Shown here one piece after another: positions 60,616 through 64,000 of a stretch of DNA of 64,000 nt; position 1 is the first letter of the stretch; every line of letters begins with the position of its first letter. A program made the translations under genes and the position numbers. The stretch lies in assembly GCA_039621445.1 (NCBI GenBank), contig CP154954.1, positions 41,719,572 through 41,783,571 of the forward strand. Direction: 5' to 3'. The notes under the pieces are model-generated. The model had not been told where the DNA came from. It searched no databases and saw only the letters and a program-made list of their open reading frames with translations. Source of the stretch: Euglena gracilis. Lineage: Eukaryota.

Positions 60616-63310
60616 TTTTTTTTTTGGAGGGATGGGATGGGAGAGTGGTTGGTCAAATTGCTCACTCCGTTTCATATGGGCTATGGGTGGTGGGATCCAC
60701 CGCTCCAGATGGCTCCGCCACTGTTCCTCAAGCCAGCTGGCGGGCCACTTCTCTTGCCAATGTGAGACACAGGTTGTTGATGGTTGGGTATTGTTGTTTA
60801 CTTTTTGACGAGTTGTGGATGGTTTTAGGACAATTGTTTGTTCTGGGTCTAGGGATCGTAGTGGTCTTCTTTACAGACAATACGGCTGGTGTATGGTGTT
60901 GGTAACTTCTGGATCTGTGTCGTTGCCTGCATACCGTCCCCAGATTACTTGTCGCGCGATCTCTCGCGCAACAGTTATTGATAGAAGTTGCCATGTGTTG
61001 GCTTCAGTTTTGCGTTTTGACCATGCATCTTGTTGACCGAGGAGAAGTTTCATCAGTGTTGACATTAAGGTTAGCGCTTCTTGGCCTAGGCCGCCATAGC
61101 AGTCAACAACAAATGGAATGCAGGTCCATCCCATCCTCCTACAGGTGGCGTCATATTTTGAATGTTTTTCCTTCTCTTGGCGTTCATACCATTCGGTTAG
61201 TTCAGCTGTGTCACGCAACGGTCTGTACGGTGCTGCTGTGTGTCTCATTGTGATATCCACTGCTCCAGGACCATTGGCGTCAAGTCTGCTGATGAGGACA
61301 TCGCCCGGGCGTGTTCTCTCTGGACCTCCTTGTTCTTTTTTTGCTGTAAACCCTGCATCATGTGCCAGTTGGAACACAAAGTCCTGGATTGCACCATGTC
61401 GCCGCGTGATGCCATTTGAGCTGCATCATACAAGGTGATTACCCAGGTTGTCCATTGGCTTGGTGCAGCGTGGGCACGTTGATCCCGTTGGTGGACAAAC
61501 TGGTGCTCCCAGTGACCACTTTAGAAATCCTTTGAATTCGGCAGAAGCGACCAATGTTTTCAGTCCACAGGATGGTGTGACAGAAGCCCAGGCCATTGTG
61601 TGGGGCCGCTGTTGGCTTGCGAACCGGACGGCGTCTTGACCGTGAAGGTTGGAGGATAATACCTTTTACCGTTGTTTCGCAAAGCACTCACCCCACCACT
61701 TCTTTTGAATGTGAGGGCTTTGGGCTCCGTTCAGGAGTGATACATCCGCGGCCCATGTTTGCGTTGGGGGAGTTCCTTCGGGGATGGAGTTGGCAGAGGA
61801 CAGGCACTCCGCAGTGTCTTTCGGTACTCCTCGGTCTGCCAGGCCAAAGGTGCGTCTGCCATTGCTGACAAACGTCACAATGCCGGATATACGTGCCGGG
61901 AGACGTTCCAGCGATGGGTCCCGAATTCCGAGTCCGCCATGACGCACGGGCAGGGTGGCCTGAGCCCATTGGTTGTCATCGATTGGGGATCCAACAATGT
62001 TGCTCATTGTGTTCCTGATTTCTTTGGTCAACAGTGCACATGCGTCATTTGCCTGCCCCAGTTCTGTTGCACGCATGAGGTCATTAACTTTGCATGCATC
62101 TAGGCATGATCGTAAGAGGCAGAACTGAATATGGGCTTGCGGCAGGTTCAAAAGGGCCCGGCAAGCTTTCTGCACACCTGTTGCACGTTCAGCCCACACT
62201 TCCCCCGCAAAGCCACCGCTTTGTGGATGGCAAACCGAGATTCCCAGGGCCCGTATACCAGAATCGGGGGAGTAGTTCACGATTGGGACTGCACGAAGTG
62301 GGCTGTTTGGCGGCATTTCAGCACGATTGGCTTCTGTTGCTGCAGGGCCCCACATGCGGCATTTTTTTGTGTTGAGGTGTATGCCTAGTAGCGTCCCCTG
62401 TCGTTGAATTTCTGTAATTGCTGCATGTAATTGTGGGAGGGTTCCCAGGATGTGTCCATCATCCAAATACCACAATTGCAGTGGCACCACGTCTTGCAAG
62501 GACTCAACGAGAGATTGCAACGCCAAGGCGAATCCGGCTGGGCCACAAGGGTCACCTTGTTGTACGCCAGAGGCACTGCGAAGGTGTGATGACCCACAAA
62601 AGAGCGGGCTGTGTTCGGCGTAGCAGCTCTCGAACCAAACGTACGCCTCCGGGCAGCGTTTAGCCACTTCAGCAAGGACTGTCTTTCTTTTTACGCAATT
62701 AAAAGCATTGCTGAAATCTACCTGTAACAAAGCCCAGGTGCTGTCCTGTTGCATGCGCAGGTGATTTACTTCTTGCTGAAGTCCCATAGCAATGAGTTCA
62801 CATGCCCCCTGGACCCCTACACCGCACTGTAGTGGCTGCAGTTCTTTAAGGCGGTCCCTGATTTTGGGGTGCCTCATCAAATATTTGCCCACCAATCGGC
62901 GCAGGCATTCCCCAGCCGCAATTGGTCGCGTGCCATCCTTCTTTGGGTCATGAATGGGGTTGGTATTGCCAAGCTCATCAAGGTTTTCGCTTGGATTGCA
63001 GGGTTTTCGAAGAGGAGTCAAACGGGCACCAGCGAAAATCCATGCCGCAGAGTTGTGGATTCCGTTTGTCAAACATGTTCGGACGAATTGGTCCAAAATT
63101 GTGAGGAGTTGTTCTGATTGTGTCCCCAGGGGATCAGAGAGCATGTCTTTAAGATGATCTGGCCGAAGTCCGGACGGTCCTGGTGAGGACTCCTTCGGGA
63201 AAGACATGACTGCTTTCAGTATTTCAATTAGGCGCTCCCTGGTTGCATCTTCACTCAGGTCGAATTCGAGGCGAGGGAAGTACGGAGGCAGATTTTGCCT
63301 TCCAGGTTGT
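60616..63310 (-). mobile_element. 5'-truncated CRE-clade non-LTR retrotransposon (RT + CCHC + REL), two premature stops
   Basis: SSPGPSG, RPIAAGE..RRL, LQCGVG, VDFSNAFN, GVQQGDP, WYLDDG, GGLG. Frame continues through TAA 61666-61668 and TGA 61426-61428 to CPRC..MDNLGNH...RRH, RPGDV...AVDI, KEKHSKY; stop at 60871; A10 tail at 60616-60625. Confidence 0.93.
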
Positions 63311-64000
63311 CTGTCTTGTTATTTGTCTGGGTCGCGCAGATTAACCAAGATCAAGGTGTGAGGCTATTCTTATTTTTTTAAGTTTTCTTATTTTTTTGCG
63401 GAATTATTTTTTTTGCATCTGCGTCGTCAGTGGAACCTTTTTGGCCCATGTTTTTTTCTTCGAGAAGTTGTGGAAACATTCATGGAAGACAATTGTCTGT
63501 TGACACCCCATTTGGGGGGGGTGGCGTTCAATGTGCGTTGTCCTCCATTGGGGATGGGCCAAAATTTGGCCACTTTTTCAAAAAAAAATATGAAAAGAGT
63601 CACTTTTTTTTGGCAGTTTTTTTGGGTCGGGATGGAGATTTTTAAAGTTTTTTTTAAGTTGGAAAAATCAGCACAATTGTTTTTGGGCCATTTTGGGCGT
63701 CAAAGAATTTTTGTGACCCCCTGGGAGCCATGGCACGTGCAGTGCATGGGGGGGGGGGGTGGCAAATGGGGTCAAACGGCGCGCCTGGTCCCCACAGTTT
63801 GGGTCAGCCATGTTGATCCAAAATTATTGGCGCAAAGTTTCAGAATTTTTTGAGTAATGTGAAAACCCCAGCCCCCCCCCCCCCAGGGGATGGGGTTCAG
63901 GGGGTGCTGACTCAAAACGTGTCGGAAATTTCCAGTTCCAGTCGGTTTCACCTGACTCAACCTGACCCAAAAACCTTCAAATATTTTTTGGCCAAGAACC

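Noticed and set aside
63370-64000. T/G-run-rich terminal region with ORF 63413-63853
   Set aside because: Resembles MITE interiors seen elsewhere; no definable termini or protein motif within the window

Overview
Repeat-dense eukaryotic nuclear DNA. A euglenid-like protist is my inference, from short GC3-rich exons, CRE-type retrotransposons and CAGGG...CCCTG MITEs. Most of the window is a direct segmental duplication: copy 1 at 2416-26433 and copy 2 at 27421-50757, with a unique 987-bp spacer. Each copy carries internal exons of a GDSL/SGNH hydrolase, the 3' exons of an FSH1/OVCA2-like serine hydrolase, several tandem arrays, MITEs and a 5'-truncated non-LTR retrotransposon. The GDSL catalytic-Ser exon lies only in the spacer. 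Copy 2 abuts a degenerate ~8-kb Ty3/gypsy LTR retrotransposon (50758-58750) with a truncated 5' LTR, iMet-type PBS, gag, protease, RT, RNase H, integrase, chromodomain, PPT and an intact 3' LTR. Its most unusual part is a Dam-like N6-adenine DNA methyltransferase domain (DLF...WANPPF...PDW) between protease and RT. Its pol core is almost free of CAG/CTG and TA, next to a CpG-free, CAG/CTG-rich chromodomain region. This element sits inside one of two convergent CRE-clade non-LTR retrotransposon remnants (58751-63310). No rRNA, tRNA gene or CRISPR array was seen. Many frameshifts and copy differences fall in homopolymers and could be consensus errors. All counts are by hand and all family calls are motif recognition, not database searches.
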